Source: Octopus vulgaris
Taxonomy: Eukaryota
Length of the DNA stretch: 64,000 nucleotides
Direction of reading: 5' to 3'
Assembly (NCBI GenBank): GCA_951406725.2
Contig: OX597828.1
Coordinates: 45,880,001-45,944,000 of the forward strand
Position numbers and translations under genes: made by a program. Below the pieces are notes generated by a model, which worked only from the letters and a program-made list of their open reading frames with translations, had not been told where the DNA came from and did not search any database. Of this stretch, positions 38,168 to 52,079 are shown one piece after another. Within the stretch, counting starts at the first letter, position 1; every line of letters starts with the position of its first letter.

Positions 38168-38910
38168 GTCGGCGAGCTGGCAGAATCGTTGCAGTGCTGG
38201 GAAAAATGCGTAGCGGTATTTCATCTGTCTTTACGTTCTTAGTCCAAATTCTGCTGTGGCACAATTTGCCTTTCATCCTTTCGGGGTCAATAAAATAAGT
38301 ACCAGTTGAACACTGGGGTCGATGTAATCGACTTACCCTCTCCTCCGAAATTGCTGGCTTTGTGTCAAAATTTGAAACCAATATTTGTCTGTTCTTTTTT
38401 AATTCCAAGTCGGCAAGGTGGCAGAATCAATACCGTGCCGGAAAAAATGCTAAGCGACATTTCTTCCGGCTCCTAAAGTTTTCAGTTCATTTCTGACCGA
38501 CATCGACATTGTCTTTTATCTTTCCGGAATAAATAACATAAATAGCTATCAAGTATAGGGGTTGATACAACTGACTTACTCTGCACCCCAAAATTGCAGG
38601 CATTGTGCCAAATTTTGAAATGAAGGCAGAGAACTAGTGTCGTTAGCACATCGGACAAAATCTATAGCGACATTTCTTTCTGCTTTACATCTGAGTTCAA
38701 ATTCCACGGTAATCGATTTTTGCCTTTCATCCTTTCGGGGCCGGCAAAATAAGTACCAGTTGAGCATTGGGGCCGATGGAACTGGTTAGCAGCCTCACCC
38801 AAAATTTCGGGCCTTGTACCTATAGTAGAAAGAAATATTTCTTCTGATTGACTGCGCTCTGAGTTCAAATGCTTGATAGGACAAATTTGCCTTTCATCTT
38901 TACGTAGTCG
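38168..38910 (+). mobile_element. Tandem run of 3-4 diverged SINE family B units with the alternative tail
   Basis: Heads at ~38168, ~38408 and ~38625; repeated GCCTTTCATCCTTTCGGGG..AAATAAGTACCAGTTGA..GGGG. Confidence 0.8.
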
Positions 38911-39222
38911 ACTAAAAAAAAAAAATGCCTGAACCCAGGCAGAAGGTGTGGTGGGATCATTGGCGGAGCTGGTAGAGCGTCGAGCAAGATACCTTGTGGT
39001 TATACAACACAGGCTACAACGACTCAAGCAATGACAACAATGTGTTATTCAACAGTAATCAACACTTGATATAAAACATGTGCCAAGTTGATTCGGCTTG
39101 AGTCGGAGACTTCTCCTTAGGAATAAGCATCGATGGCTTGGAAAAGGGAGATTTGCAACAATGGGCAATCAGTATATACGGTGCGAAATAGGTTATCTTA
39201 CTGTGTTTATGCAGTATATTTG

Positions 39223-39606
39223 GGAAGCACTCCGTCGGTTACGACGATGAGGGTTCCGGTTGATCCGAATCAACGGAACAGCCTGCTCGTGAAATTAACG
39301 TGTAAGTGGCTGAGCACTCCACAGACACGTGTACCCTTAACGTAGTTCTCGGGGATATTCAGCGTGACACAGAGAGTGAGAAGGCCGGCCCCTTGAAAAA
39401 CAGGTACAACAGAAACAGGAAGTAAGAGTGAGAGAAAGTTGTGGTGAAAGAGTACAGCAGGGATCGCCACCATCCCCTGCCGGAGCCTCGTGGAGCTTTA
39501 GGTGTTTTCGCTCAATAAACACTCACAACGCCCAGTCTGGGAATCGAAACCGCGATCCTATGACCGCGAGTCCGCAGCCCTAACCACTGGGCCATTGCGC
39601 CTCCAC
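39223..39606 (-). mobile_element. SINE family C, full length, ~12-bp TSD TGCAGYATATTT
   Basis: Reverse complement of the 25224 copy; flanking direct repeat visible. Confidence 0.93.
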
Positions 39607-39845
39607 TGCAGCATATTTACAGTGCTATACGATATACTAATGTAATAATAGCATATAGTTACAACATATAGTTGTATAGGTCGTTGTGTTGCAGTGGTCT
39701 CTACAAGATATTTATTGTGCTATAAGATACAGTGATGTAACGGTGATATGGAATAAGTGCCATGTAAAACAAATCCCAGGAAACCTATGGTGGTCTGTTT
39801 CGGCAAATATTATACCCGAAAGTAGGAGAGTTCGGAGAAATTGTT

Positions 39846-39957
39846 ATGCCATGGGGAGAAGAATAATTTGAACTTTTCCTGTCTGTTCTTTCGTCTGCTC
39901 TCTCATTCAGAACGAAAGGACAGCCTCAAAATATCAGAATTCTTCTCCCCATGGCAT
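39846..39957. repeat. Small hairpin with 19-bp perfect terminal inverted repeat
   Basis: ATGCCATGGGGAGAAGAAT ... ATTCTTCTCCCCATGGCAT, plus inner CTGTTCTTTCGTCTG / CAGAACGAAAGGACAG. Confidence 0.8.
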
Positions 39958-41166
39958 TAGAACTCCAATCTCACAAAGTTCGGTGATATATTTTAGTAAG
40001 ATGCCTTTCTCTCTCTCTCTCTCTCTACTGTGTACTACGTCACTGTATAATATAAACGCGGAGTAGAAGTAGAAGTTTAACCTCTGCCGTCTACTGTACA
40101 ATGCACTGCTTTACACTTAGACTCAGTGGAGTGTATCAGCTGTCGGTGATCGTAACTCGTCGAGGAGGTCCAAATTTCTTTCTTACTTTTATTATTAGTT
40201 GTATTATCATTATGCTTTTCATATCGTCTTGGGATACATACATGATAAGGAATTCAAAAGAACAGACGGAAGTGAAACAACGGATAAAGTAGGACTGTTA
40301 AAGTACTAGAGTTAAAGAAGAAAAAAATGTGGACGAGTTGAACATATTTGAAGACATGGAATGAATAAAGACTGAACAGCGACCAAAGAAACTGTCGGAG
40401 AAGAAATGTAAAAAAGAAAAAGAATTAAATAAAAAGGAAGAAATGTACAAAAAGGAAGAAACATAAGAATGAAATTTTAAAAAAAAAGGAAAACAGAAGG
40501 AAAACCAGAAGGAAGAAAGGAAGGAAAGACAGGGAGATAAAATATACAAATTAAATATGTAAAGAAAAATTCTGGAAAAGTGTATAGGGATTTTTTCGTC
40601 TAGACAAGACAAGAAAACTAAGGCAAGCGTGCATTTCAACGAAAAAGAAACAAAATATATATGTTGTAAAGAAAGAAGTTGTGAATAAAATAAAATTTAA
40701 AAAAAGGCTAAAGAGAAATGAATATAAATATATATACGTAAAAAATAAATTTTAAAGTGTTAGAAAAACAACAACGAGGAGAGAAATGGAAAACTCAAAA
40801 AAAAAAGAAAAGAAAAAAAAAGATGGAGTAAATTAAAGAGGAAGATGCAAGATTGAGATTGTGTTTATTTCATGTGTGTGTGTGTGTGTTAGTGTGTGTG
40901 TGTGTTAGTGTGTATGTGTGTGTTTGAGTATAGCGCGCGTGTGTATAGGCGACACAAAGAGAAAGAGAGAGAGAGAAAGAGAGAGAGGGACAGGGGAAAA
41001 GATAAAAAGATTGACTGCAAAATAGAGAAAGAGTTGATAGTATATATATATGTATTTGTGTGTGTGAGTGTGTGTGAGTGTGTGCGTGTGTGTGTGCATG
41101 TATATACATGTTATATATATATTTACACATACATGCACACACGCACGTATACACATACATACATTC

Positions 41167-41202
<36 letters not shown>

Positions 41203-41254
41203 CATATATATATATATATTATACATATATATATGTATATATATATATATATAT

Positions 41255-41322
<68 letters not shown>

Positions 41323-41899
41323 GAGATGGAGAGAGAGAGAGAAAGAGAAAGAATGAAAATCAAGTGAAAGATGGGACAGAAGCGGGCAAGATGATTCAAC
41401 ATTAGAAGGTGGTGGCGGTGGCGGTGCTGGTAGAGAAATAAAGGGCAGAATCTAAGAATTGATGGTAAAGTCATATAACTTGAAAGGCCCCCGCATAGAC
41501 TGAATATTTCAGCAAAAAATGGTTAAAATACAAATTATATCCAACAAAATCCGGATCATTCAACGCTATACTCCCCCTCCTCCATCGGCTTCTACATCAC
41601 ATCCTCCTCCTCCTCCTCCTCCTCCTTGTCAGCAACAACAACAACAACTACTACTGCTACTACTACTACTACTACTACTATTACTACTAGTACATATAGC
41701 ACAAAATAATAAAAAAATCGTGAACACACATATATACACAAAGATATTTGCATATATGTATATATCTATATATATACTTATATACATATAAACAAACACA
41801 CACACACATTCGTGCACACACACACTCATGCACACTCACACACACTCATGCACACACACAGACATGTGCATGCAAATAGATAGTTAGATAGATACATAA

Positions 41900-41964
<65 letters not shown>

Positions 41965-42717
41965 GCGATAGATGATGGAAGGATGGATGCATGCATGGAT
42001 GGATGGGAGGATGGATACATGCACACACTCACTCTCGCACACATATTACCTACACATACACGTGCATAGATCTCAATGTGAACATATTTTTGATGCATAT
42101 GCAGTCACACCTTCGCACATACCTGTGTACATACCAAAATACATTTATATATATTCATATATGCATAAATATATGTAGACAAACACATACGCATATACAT
42201 ATGCCTACATTCATTTACAATAAATAACTGCGTAATTAAGACGAGAGTAATGAATAATTATTATAACAGTGAGATTACTTGCTATTGTAGTTCCGTGTTC
42301 TTTTATTCTTCCTTGATCATGTAAGAGAATCTCATTATAAATTTTATTTGCATAAATTCAGAAATATATATATTTAGAAATAAAAATAGAAATTTGGAAA
42401 GAGAAATCATTTTTATGGCATTTTATGTTAAATATCGTTTGTTATATAACATTTTTCAGAGTTCCCTAGAACACGAGATATAAAAACTTTAATAAAAATA
42501 CAGTACAGGTTAGTTATAGTTGCACCGCATATTTTCCTACGTTTGTTTCAAGGGTTAAGAGCCGGAATTTGTACTACACAAACGTAAACGCAGGAACAGA
42601 AATATGATCTCAGCTATGAACTGGTCTGAAAATGTATCTAACTTTATTGGTGAAAACACTACGTCCTATTAGTTCAACGGAAAGATTTCACGATACGGTA
42701 TAAATATATCATAAGTG

Positions 42718-42950
42718 AAGGCGGCGAGCTGGCAGAAACGTTAGCACGCCGGGCGAAATGCTTAGCGGTATTTCGTCTGTCGTTACGTTGTGAGTTCAAA
42801 TTCCGCCGAGGTCGACTTTGCCTTTCATCCTTTCGGGGTTGATAAATTAAGTACCAGTTACGCACTGGGGTCGATGTAATCGACTTAATACCTATGTCTG
42901 TCCTTGTTTGTCCGCTCTGTGTTTAGCCCCTTGTGGGTAATAAAGAAATA
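42718..42950 (+). mobile_element. SINE family B, full length, TSD GGTATAAAYATATCATAA
   Basis: Head AAGGCGGCGAGCTGGCAGAAACGTTAGC, B-box GAGTTCAAATTCC, tail ..GGGTAATAAAGAAATA. Confidence 0.94.
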
Positions 42951-43713
42951 GGTATAAACATATCATAATAATAGTAGAGGGTAGAAAATATAACATTTGA
43001 CATGCATATGATAGCACATTGACTGCATAAAAACAAACAACATTTGGCTTTGTTGTTGGAAGTTGATATTAACGATGCGCATGTCCTCTGCGAAGAAACA
43101 GATTGATATAAATTTCAATTTTGCCTACTCTTGCTCTATGGAGCAGAAACGTGAATAATTAAAATATCTAATAGTGAAAGCATCTGACTTAAAGTCATAT
43201 GTGTTCGGATCTCCGTCACAAAGTGTCAGATTCAATTTGTGTAAAGGGAGCACAATGTGTTGTTGACCAAAGCACTTCATTTCACGTTGCTCCTTTCTAC
43301 TCTGCTGAAAACGATTACCACCCGACTGCTGAGAAAGCCCCATTCTCCTCAGCTGCCTCATCCTGTATATTCCGCGTTTTAAGGGTTGACGATACTAACG
43401 TGTATCTGAGGTTCCTTGTTACAAAGGCACCTAAAAGAATTAGCAAAAATATAAAACATGTTACCCCGCCATACTCGTACATGGGCGATGCTGGCTGTAT
43501 TGGATAATAATAAGGGAAGAATTGAAAAATGTTAAAGGAGATGATCAAGAAAAAGTTTCGGAATTTCTTGGACTAAAAATTGCACAAACACATCAATTTT
43601 GAATAAATATTGAATAATATAAATCTTTCAGACACATGATCTGATCATAGAACTGCAACGTGTTCAACGGAATCGGTAAATAAAAGACACGCACGCATAC
43701 ACACACACACACA

Positions 43714-43766
<53 letters not shown>

Positions 43767-44054
43767 ACAAGCACACGCACAAACACATACACATATATAT
43801 ATATATATATATATATATTCAACGATACAAATAAGAAGATATTTTTTTAACAAAGAGTTGCCGTTAGAACAACAGAAATACTAGGCAAATTACATTAACA
43901 AAGTGAAAATAATTTGTCAGCATTTAGTCGTGGGATTGAGTGCTTTACCATTAAGCTAAACTGCCCGCTGAAAAATTCACAGCCGAATTTAAACGCTAAA
44001 TACTTTAGCATTAAGGAACAATCATGTGGCTATAAATGTAAACAAACAAATAGT

Positions 44055-44290
44055 TGTTCTTTTATTAGAAGCGTCGAAAATGCGTATTCTACAATATAAC
44101 ATCAGAAATACTGGCAGTCTTTGAGAGATATGGATTCGAATCCAACAGCTGGTTGTTGACAAAATTTTCCGTCTTGTAAGGGTAATTTACCCATTATTTC
44201 TACTGGTCTAACGGTAACTCTGTGTTGGTAAAAAATACCACCTTATTTGTATTATAGAATACACGATTCGACGCTTCTAATAAAAGAACA
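44055..44290. mobile_element. MITE-like element with ~45-bp terminal inverted repeats
   Basis: TGTTCTTTTATTAGAAGCGTCGAA..GTATTCTA mirrored by TAGAATAC..TTCGACGCTTCTAATAAAAGAACA. Confidence 0.75.
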
Positions 44291-44308
44291 GATATTAGTT
44301 TATTTACA

Positions 44309-44414
<106 letters not shown>

Positions 44415-44877
44415 TATATACATATATATGTATAAATAAGTATGTATGTATATGGAGAATAATATATAGAATACTTATTGAAAACATTGTACAATCTCAA
44501 GTCAACAACCGGGACACGTTAAAATAACTATCTGGGTTAAACTTAGGTGCCCGAGTTTCGACAGGGAGTCAATTACCTCATCAGGCAAGTGATAGGGAAT
44601 AGTCTGGGGGTAGTGCATAAATACATTATGCTTTTGTTCGAAAAACAGCCGCGCTGTGATTGGAAGAAATCCCGGTGCTCAAAACAAAAAAATACAAAAA
44701 GTGTCAATTTACGAAAAATGTTTTGGTACCTTAGCTTCACGTGCTGTGGGGAGATGCCAAAATTCGTCTGACGTGGGAAAACTGCCAATGTACTCTGCTA
44801 CGTTCATATAGCGCAACGTGGAAACATGTAAAAAATCACCTCATTTCTTAGATATCAATCAATCAATCAAACAAACA

Positions 44878-45228
<351 letters not shown>

Positions 45229-45489
45229 GTCAGCTAAAACAATCGATTCGTACAACATACTTAAACCTAGCAGAAAATTACAAGTTGCGCATAATTTTCT
45301 TGATTTAATTGTGCTCAACAGCTGTTTCATTGTCAATAAACATCATTAACTATAAGTTATCTACCAGCCTCACTGCCACCACCAACAACAACATCAACCA
45401 CAACAGGAGCATACATACTTTCAACACTACCACTACATCTACTGGCACAACTGCTATCACAACAACTACGTCCAACAAGACTGCAGAGA

Positions 45490-45791
45490 TCCCCTTCGGT
45501 CACGAATGACCATGTTATTGCACCTAGGAGATTACCCTCCGAGGTTGTTTATGGGAGACCAGCAGTCACCCACGCATACCAGCCTCCCCTCTCCACGCCA
45601 CTGATGTTATCCAAGGGAAAAGCAAAGGGGCCGATACAGCTTGGCACCAGTGACGTCGCAACTCATTTCTACAGCTGAGTGAACTGGAGCAACGTGAAAT
45701 AAAGTATAACACGCAACTCGGTCCGGGGTTCGAACTCACAACATCACGGTCGTAAGTCCGACGCTCTAACCACTGAGCCATGAGTCTTCAC
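45490..45791 (-). mobile_element. SINE family D, near full length
   Basis: Minus-strand head TGGCTCAGTGGTTAGAGCGTCGGAC..GAGTTCGAACCCC (A and B boxes). Confidence 0.88.
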
Positions 45792-46631
45792 TCCAGCAAG
45801 CCTTCGAACACATAAGTTGACTAAAGCGTTAACTACCACTACAAATAACACTACTACACATACATGTACCATTAACAACACTAGCACAACCGCCTTTACC
45901 ATCACAATCACGAAGAGTAACAACACCGATCACAAATCAGAAACAAAGCTCCAATTAAGATCGATGTCCTTCGTTTTGTGTCGTTTTTCCAAAATAATTT
46001 CTGTTTAAAAATTGAGTTTTCGACTGAAAAGTAAAAATTCAATTGAAGACTTGTGAACATTTTTCTTGTATATACATGCTAACACAAATATGAATACACC
46101 AGCAATACAACCATAGAAAGTCTGGTTAACACATTACCGCTGGCTAATACATTTCCAACCATATATGAACTACCGCCGTGTCCGGAAAATTCGCCTTAAG
46201 AATTTTTGCCTGATCTGAACATTTACTGTATGAGAATTTGCAGTATGAACAATGATAAAACGTGTTATATCAGCAATTTTTTAAAAATAAATGTATAAGA
46301 AGTATCCCAGGTTTTATAAAGGCACGTTTATAAATTAAGCACGTTTGTATTAAACGTAAAACATTAAGAAAAAAAACAACATCTGATGATGTAATTTAAA
46401 ACAAAATTTCTAAAGGCAAATAGTCTTAAGGCAAAACTTTTTGCGACAAAATATCCTAAAACCGAACCACAACCAGCATCACCATCACCACTATCACTCA
46501 CACCGCAACCACCACCAGCAAACACATACAGCCAATTGTGTATCATATTTAAAGCAGATACGTTGCGAAAAGGCAAATTCATAAGTTCACATAAGGACAT
46601 ACTGTGTCTAAGAATATATTTACTAACATAT

Positions 46632-47046
46632 AGGCGCAGGAGTGGCTGTGTGGTAAGTAGCTTGCTAACCAACCACATGGTTCCGAGTTCAGTCCCACTG
46701 CGTGGCATCTTGGGCAAGTGTCTTCTGCTATAGTCCCGGGCCGACAAATGCCTTGTGAGTGGATTTGGTAGACGGAAACTGAAAGAAGCCTGTCGTATAT
46801 ATGTATATATATGTACATACGTGTGTGTATATGTTTGTGTTAGTGTGTGTTTGTCCCCCTAGCATTGCTTGACAACCGATACTGGTGTGTTTACGTCCCC
46901 GTCACTTAGCGGTTCAGCAAAAGAGACCGATAGAATAAGTACTGGGCTTACAAAGAATAAGTCCCGGGGTCGATTTACTCGACTAAAGGCGGTGCTCCAG
47001 CATGGCCGCAGTCAAATAACTGAAACAAGTAAAAGAGTAAAAGAGT
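46632..47046 (+). mobile_element. SINE family A, full length
   Basis: Complete head to TAAAAGAG tail. Confidence 0.94.
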
Positions 47047-47584
47047 ATACCTATTTTTATTAATACACCTATTGTTGCTATAATACACTAGCCTAATAAC
47101 ACTAGCGCTACCAATAAAACTAATAGCACCGCAAACACCATTACGACAAACCCAACTCTACCACCACAATCACCACGACCACCTACACAATCGACGACAC
47201 CGACATAGATATGAGACAACCAGCGCCACCATCTACCTACGATATTAGCAGGATTACGTCCCTTACAAATTGTGAATTGATCATCGGAGGGGGGGAGGGG
47301 TAAAAGGTCAACGTTTTATTTGGGTTGAATAGACATTTGAAAGGTAAATACATTTTGAATGATGTTCAGTGAAGCGAAAATATAGATCTCAAACAAGTGC
47401 ACACACACACACACACACACACAGACACACGCACACACACAAACACATACACACGCATACACATACACACACGGAAATACGTACACACGGACATACATTA
47501 CGCAAACATAAAATATATATAGTGAGAGAAAACGTGTATATACATATATATATATTCATATACACATATATATGTATATACACG

Positions 47585-47624
<40 letters not shown>

Positions 47625-47650
47625 CGTGTGTATACATATATATGTGTATA

Positions 47651-47692
<42 letters not shown>

Positions 47693-48289
47693 TAGATATG
47701 TATACATATATATGCATGTATATTTGCATACCAATGAGTTTGCGTGTATATATATAAAACTTTATTTATATATACACATATATATGTGCGTGTGTGAGTA
47801 TATGTATGTATATGTAAGCATGTCGGTATATACGTATGTATATATAAATGTATATATATTTTTGTGCGTGTGCATTTGTATCTTACGTATAATTGTACTT
47901 AGTGTCATGTCTTTGAGGACAAGGGTTTGTTTGTGTGTTTAAGGGAACAGGAACACATGTTAGGGGTCGATAACAGAGAAGGCAATAAGAGAGGGTTGGT
48001 GTTGGGTACAGAGTACTGAATAATCCTTTTGTATTGGCAGCGTTTTGGTGGTATTATGGTTATTGTTTACTTAAGCTCCCTTCAATTTATAATGAAATAA
48101 TATAAGGGAGTTTTGTAACATCGGCTTTCCTTATTTTTTTACAAAAGGGGTAAGGAATTCGAGCCCATATACAGACACACACACGCATACACATATATTA
48201 TGTATATATATATGTACATATATGTGTGAGTTTGCACGTATACATATATATATATGTACACACACACACACACACATATTTATATATAC

Positions 48290-48320
<31 letters not shown>

Positions 48321-48511
48321 CATATATTTAAGTAGGTGAATGAATTATCCTATGTTTATCGTCAGCATGGAAAATTCGTTTAACCGAAACCTGGGTAGCA
48401 AATTCACGTCAGAAAACACGGTTGAAGCGACCTGTCAATGGTAGAAACTCCGGGTTCATGTGCAGAAATTTGTGTGTATTATATGAATAAATGACTCCAT
48501 TCTTTCATTTA

Positions 48512-48550
<39 letters not shown>

Positions 48551-48576
48551 GTGTGTGTGTGTGTGTGTGTGTAAAT

Positions 48577-48623
<47 letters not shown>

Positions 48624-48916
48624 CCCAGGAGTGGCTCTGTGGTCAGTAGCTTACCAACCATATAGTTCCAGGTTCAGTCCCACGGCGTGGTACCTTGGAC
48701 ATGTGTCTTCTACAATAGCCTCGAGCCGACCAAAGCCTTGTGACTGTGCAAAAGTCAGAGTGAAAGGGTTAAAAGAATGTTCTCATTGAGAAATATATTT
48801 TGGTGTAAAACTCTTTAGAAGGTTACAGGTAAGGGAAAAAGTAGTCTGGCTTTAAGTGACATAAATAATGACAAGTAATCCCCGAAAATGCCTTTGAATC
48901 AAAATAGCTCAGCTAT

Positions 48917-49138
48917 TACTCTTTTACTCTTTTACTTGTTTCAGTCATTTCACTGCGGCCATGCTGGAGCACCGCCTTTAGTCGAGTAAATCGACCCCAG
49001 GACTTATTCTTTGTAAGCCCAGTACTTATTCTATCGGTCTCTTTTTGCCGAACCGCTAAGTAACGGGGACATAAACAAACCACCATCGGTTCTCAAGCAA
49101 TGCTAGGGAGACAAACACACACACACACACACACACAC

Positions 49139-49215
<77 letters not shown>

Positions 49216-49378
49216 GACAGGCTTCTTTCAGTTTCCGTCTACCAAATCCACTCACAAGGCATTGGTCGGCCCGGGGCTATAGCAGAAGACACTTGCCCAT
49301 GATGCCACGCAGTGGGACCGAACCCGGAACCATGTGGTTGGTTAGCAAGCTACTTACCACACAGCCACTCCTGCGCCT
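48917..49378 (-). mobile_element. SINE family A, full length; partial copies at 48622-48742 and 49596-49717
   Basis: High identity to 46632-47046. Confidence 0.93.
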
Positions 49379-49725
49379 GTAAAAGAAAACTATACAATGG
49401 CTGTGTTCAAATAAAAGAGCTCCATGAGATGGATCGCAGTGTGAAAACCTCACCAAACAGCATTTTGTAGCTTTAAGTAACGATAAAGGAAAGTTGATCA
49501 TTTTAACAAATCAAAATATTTTTGTCGTTTTAATATGTTTAACGTTATAATAAACGGTATCTGATTTCGGCGAGCTGGCAGAAACGTTAGCACGTCTACC
49601 AAATCCACTCACTAGTCATTGGTCGGCCCGAGGATATAGTAGAAGACACTTGCCCAAGCTGCCCCGGAACTATGTGATTGGTAAGCAAGCTACTTAGCAC
49701 AGAGCCATTCCTGGGCCCATATATG

Positions 49726-49793
<68 letters not shown>

Positions 49794-49865
49794 AATTGAC
49801 AGAATGAGATAAAACAACCAAGACAGTAAATAGACTTCATACACACACAGACACACACACACTCA

Positions 49866-49930
<65 letters not shown>

Positions 49931-50739
49931 GCGCGCGCACACACGCACACACACACACATATACACGAAAGGCTTCCGAAAATTGTTTCCACGACAAAAG
50001 TCTTCAAGTTACAAGGTGAAGGTGACAAGCAGGAAGAATGAACTTTGAATGACAGATTACGAAAGGAAATCTCTTAAACCACAGTTATAAATTTGTACAT
50101 TTATATTATTGGTAAGTAAAATTTATTCTGTCCAAACCTTAGTATTATATTTCATCGATGTTGTTCAACTTTTGTGCCATCTATCAAGTTCTTTGAAACT
50201 CATAGTTTCTCCTTTCGTAATGAATCAATGATATACTTATGCAGCAAGAGAACGCAAAGCCTGGCCAAATTAATGTATTTACTGTTTGTCCTGAATATCA
50301 TTGAATCTGCATCCGATATTGGAACACTGGTTTGGGAGGAACAAGTTTCTAAGAAGTGCAGAACCATCTCTTAGCCATTATTGTTCTATTCTTTAAGGTT
50401 ATTTATGCAGATTTTCAATAGAAATTACTGCCAGCACTGATTTTGTTACGACGTTTCTTATCCTAGACACCAAATGCAAATAAACTGAGATGAAAGATGG
50501 TACTGGAGGAAAATGGGTACTGGACGGATATGACATACATAAGAATGTTCTGCTCCTTCATCAGCCCCAAACCAAAAAGACTTTTAATATACTCTGTCAC
50601 GTAGTATGGTTGCATAATGAAACACTGCGTCCCTACAAGTTACTACAGTTGTTCCGAGGTCTAACCTGAGTAGTAGTATCTTCCAGGAACCTAGATGTGG
50701 GTATATTAGAATGTAAATAGAAAACAGCTGTGAATATAA

Positions 50740-50769
<30 letters not shown>

Positions 50770-50773
<4 letters not shown>

Positions 50774-51008
50774 GTGTACAGTGCTCAGGTGCACTACAAT
50801 TCATCTAAAGTGTATGTATAATCAGGTGTAGTTTTGGCGGATTTCGGAAAGCATGAGGGCCTTAAAGGATGCAGTGTCATGACAGTCAGCAACTGACGCA
50901 GGCAGTTTATTCCATGCTTCAGCAACTCTGAGCGTGAAAAAATGTTTCCGAAAGTCATGGGAGCTGTGTTGTTTTCTGACTTTGTAGGCATGTCCACATG
51001 TGTTAGAT
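50770..51008 (-). mobile_element. CR1-group LINE 3' end with (ATT)n tail
   Basis: SNTCGHAYKVRKQHSSHDFRKHFFTLRVAEAWNKLPASVADCHDTASFKALML, the typical TRGH..R..FF..RV...WN.LP...FK C-terminus. Confidence 0.85.
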
Positions 51009-51492
51009 ACATGGAGATCAAATATGGGAATGATCAGCTCCTCACTAAATCACGAGCAGCCTCTTGGCAAAGACCTGCACTCGGTAACATCAGAGTCAGT
51101 TTTTATGTTGAAACAATGGAATACAACACGGAGGTAGTCAACTATTTCGACAAATGTACTTATTGAGTCAATGGTAAATATCACTTCAATCTGTGCAGAT
51201 GAACAGACAACAAGCTTTCAATGGACAAGATCAACTAGTTCAGTTCTAGCGAACAACTGACTTCATCTGTGGTTGTGGCGTGCGCAGATGAGACAAGGAC
51301 GCGAACGTTAATTATGCAATGTTAAGGTGACTAGTGGTTAGAAAGATATTCATCACTGAGCGATTTTGCCCAAATTCGAAATCCTTAATTCCACTTTAAT
51401 CTTGAATTTTCTTCTATATGAATGGAATTGTTGTAGTAGTAGTTCTTCTTCTTCTTCTTCTTCTTCTTCTTCTTCTTCTTCTTCTTCTTCTT

Positions 51493-51566
<74 letters not shown>

Positions 51567-51571
51567 CATTA

Positions 51572-51960
51572 AGAAGGTGGTGAGCTGGCAGAAACGTTAG
51601 CACGCCGGGCGAAATGCTTGGCGGTATTACGTCTGCCGCTACGTTCTGAGTTCAAACTCCGCCGAGGTCTACTTTGCCTTTCATCCTTTCGGGGTCTATT
51701 AAATAAGTACCAGTTACGCGCTGGGGTCGATATAATCGACTTAATCCGTTTGTCCTCTCTGTGTTTAGCTCCTTGTGGGTAGTAAAGAAATAGGTATTTC
51801 GTCTGCCGCTATGTTTTGATTTCAAATTCCGCCGAGGTCAACTTTGCGTTACATCTTTTCGGGGTCGATAAAATTAGTTCCAGTTAATCACTGGGGTCGA
51901 TGTAAATCGACTTGATCCCTTCCCCTAAATTTTGAGGCCTTGTGCTTCCAGTAGAAAGGA
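51572..51960 (+). mobile_element. SINE family B dimer: full unit with Tx1-like tail, then head-less unit with the alternative tail
   Basis: Junction AAAGAAATAGGTATTTCGTCTGCCG at ~51784-51808. Confidence 0.88.
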
Positions 51961-52079
51961 TTATTATTATTATTTATTGTCTTTGCACAACTTCTAACTC
52001 TTACACTGTTGTACCATTGAATTACAAATAATGCTCACCCTACAGCTTCCAAGAGTACAAAAGCATTCGTCTCTGCTTA

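Noticed and set aside
43315-43548. 77-aa ORF with a hydrophobic stretch
   Set aside because: Non-ATG start, adjoins a decayed SINE-like segment, no recognisable family.
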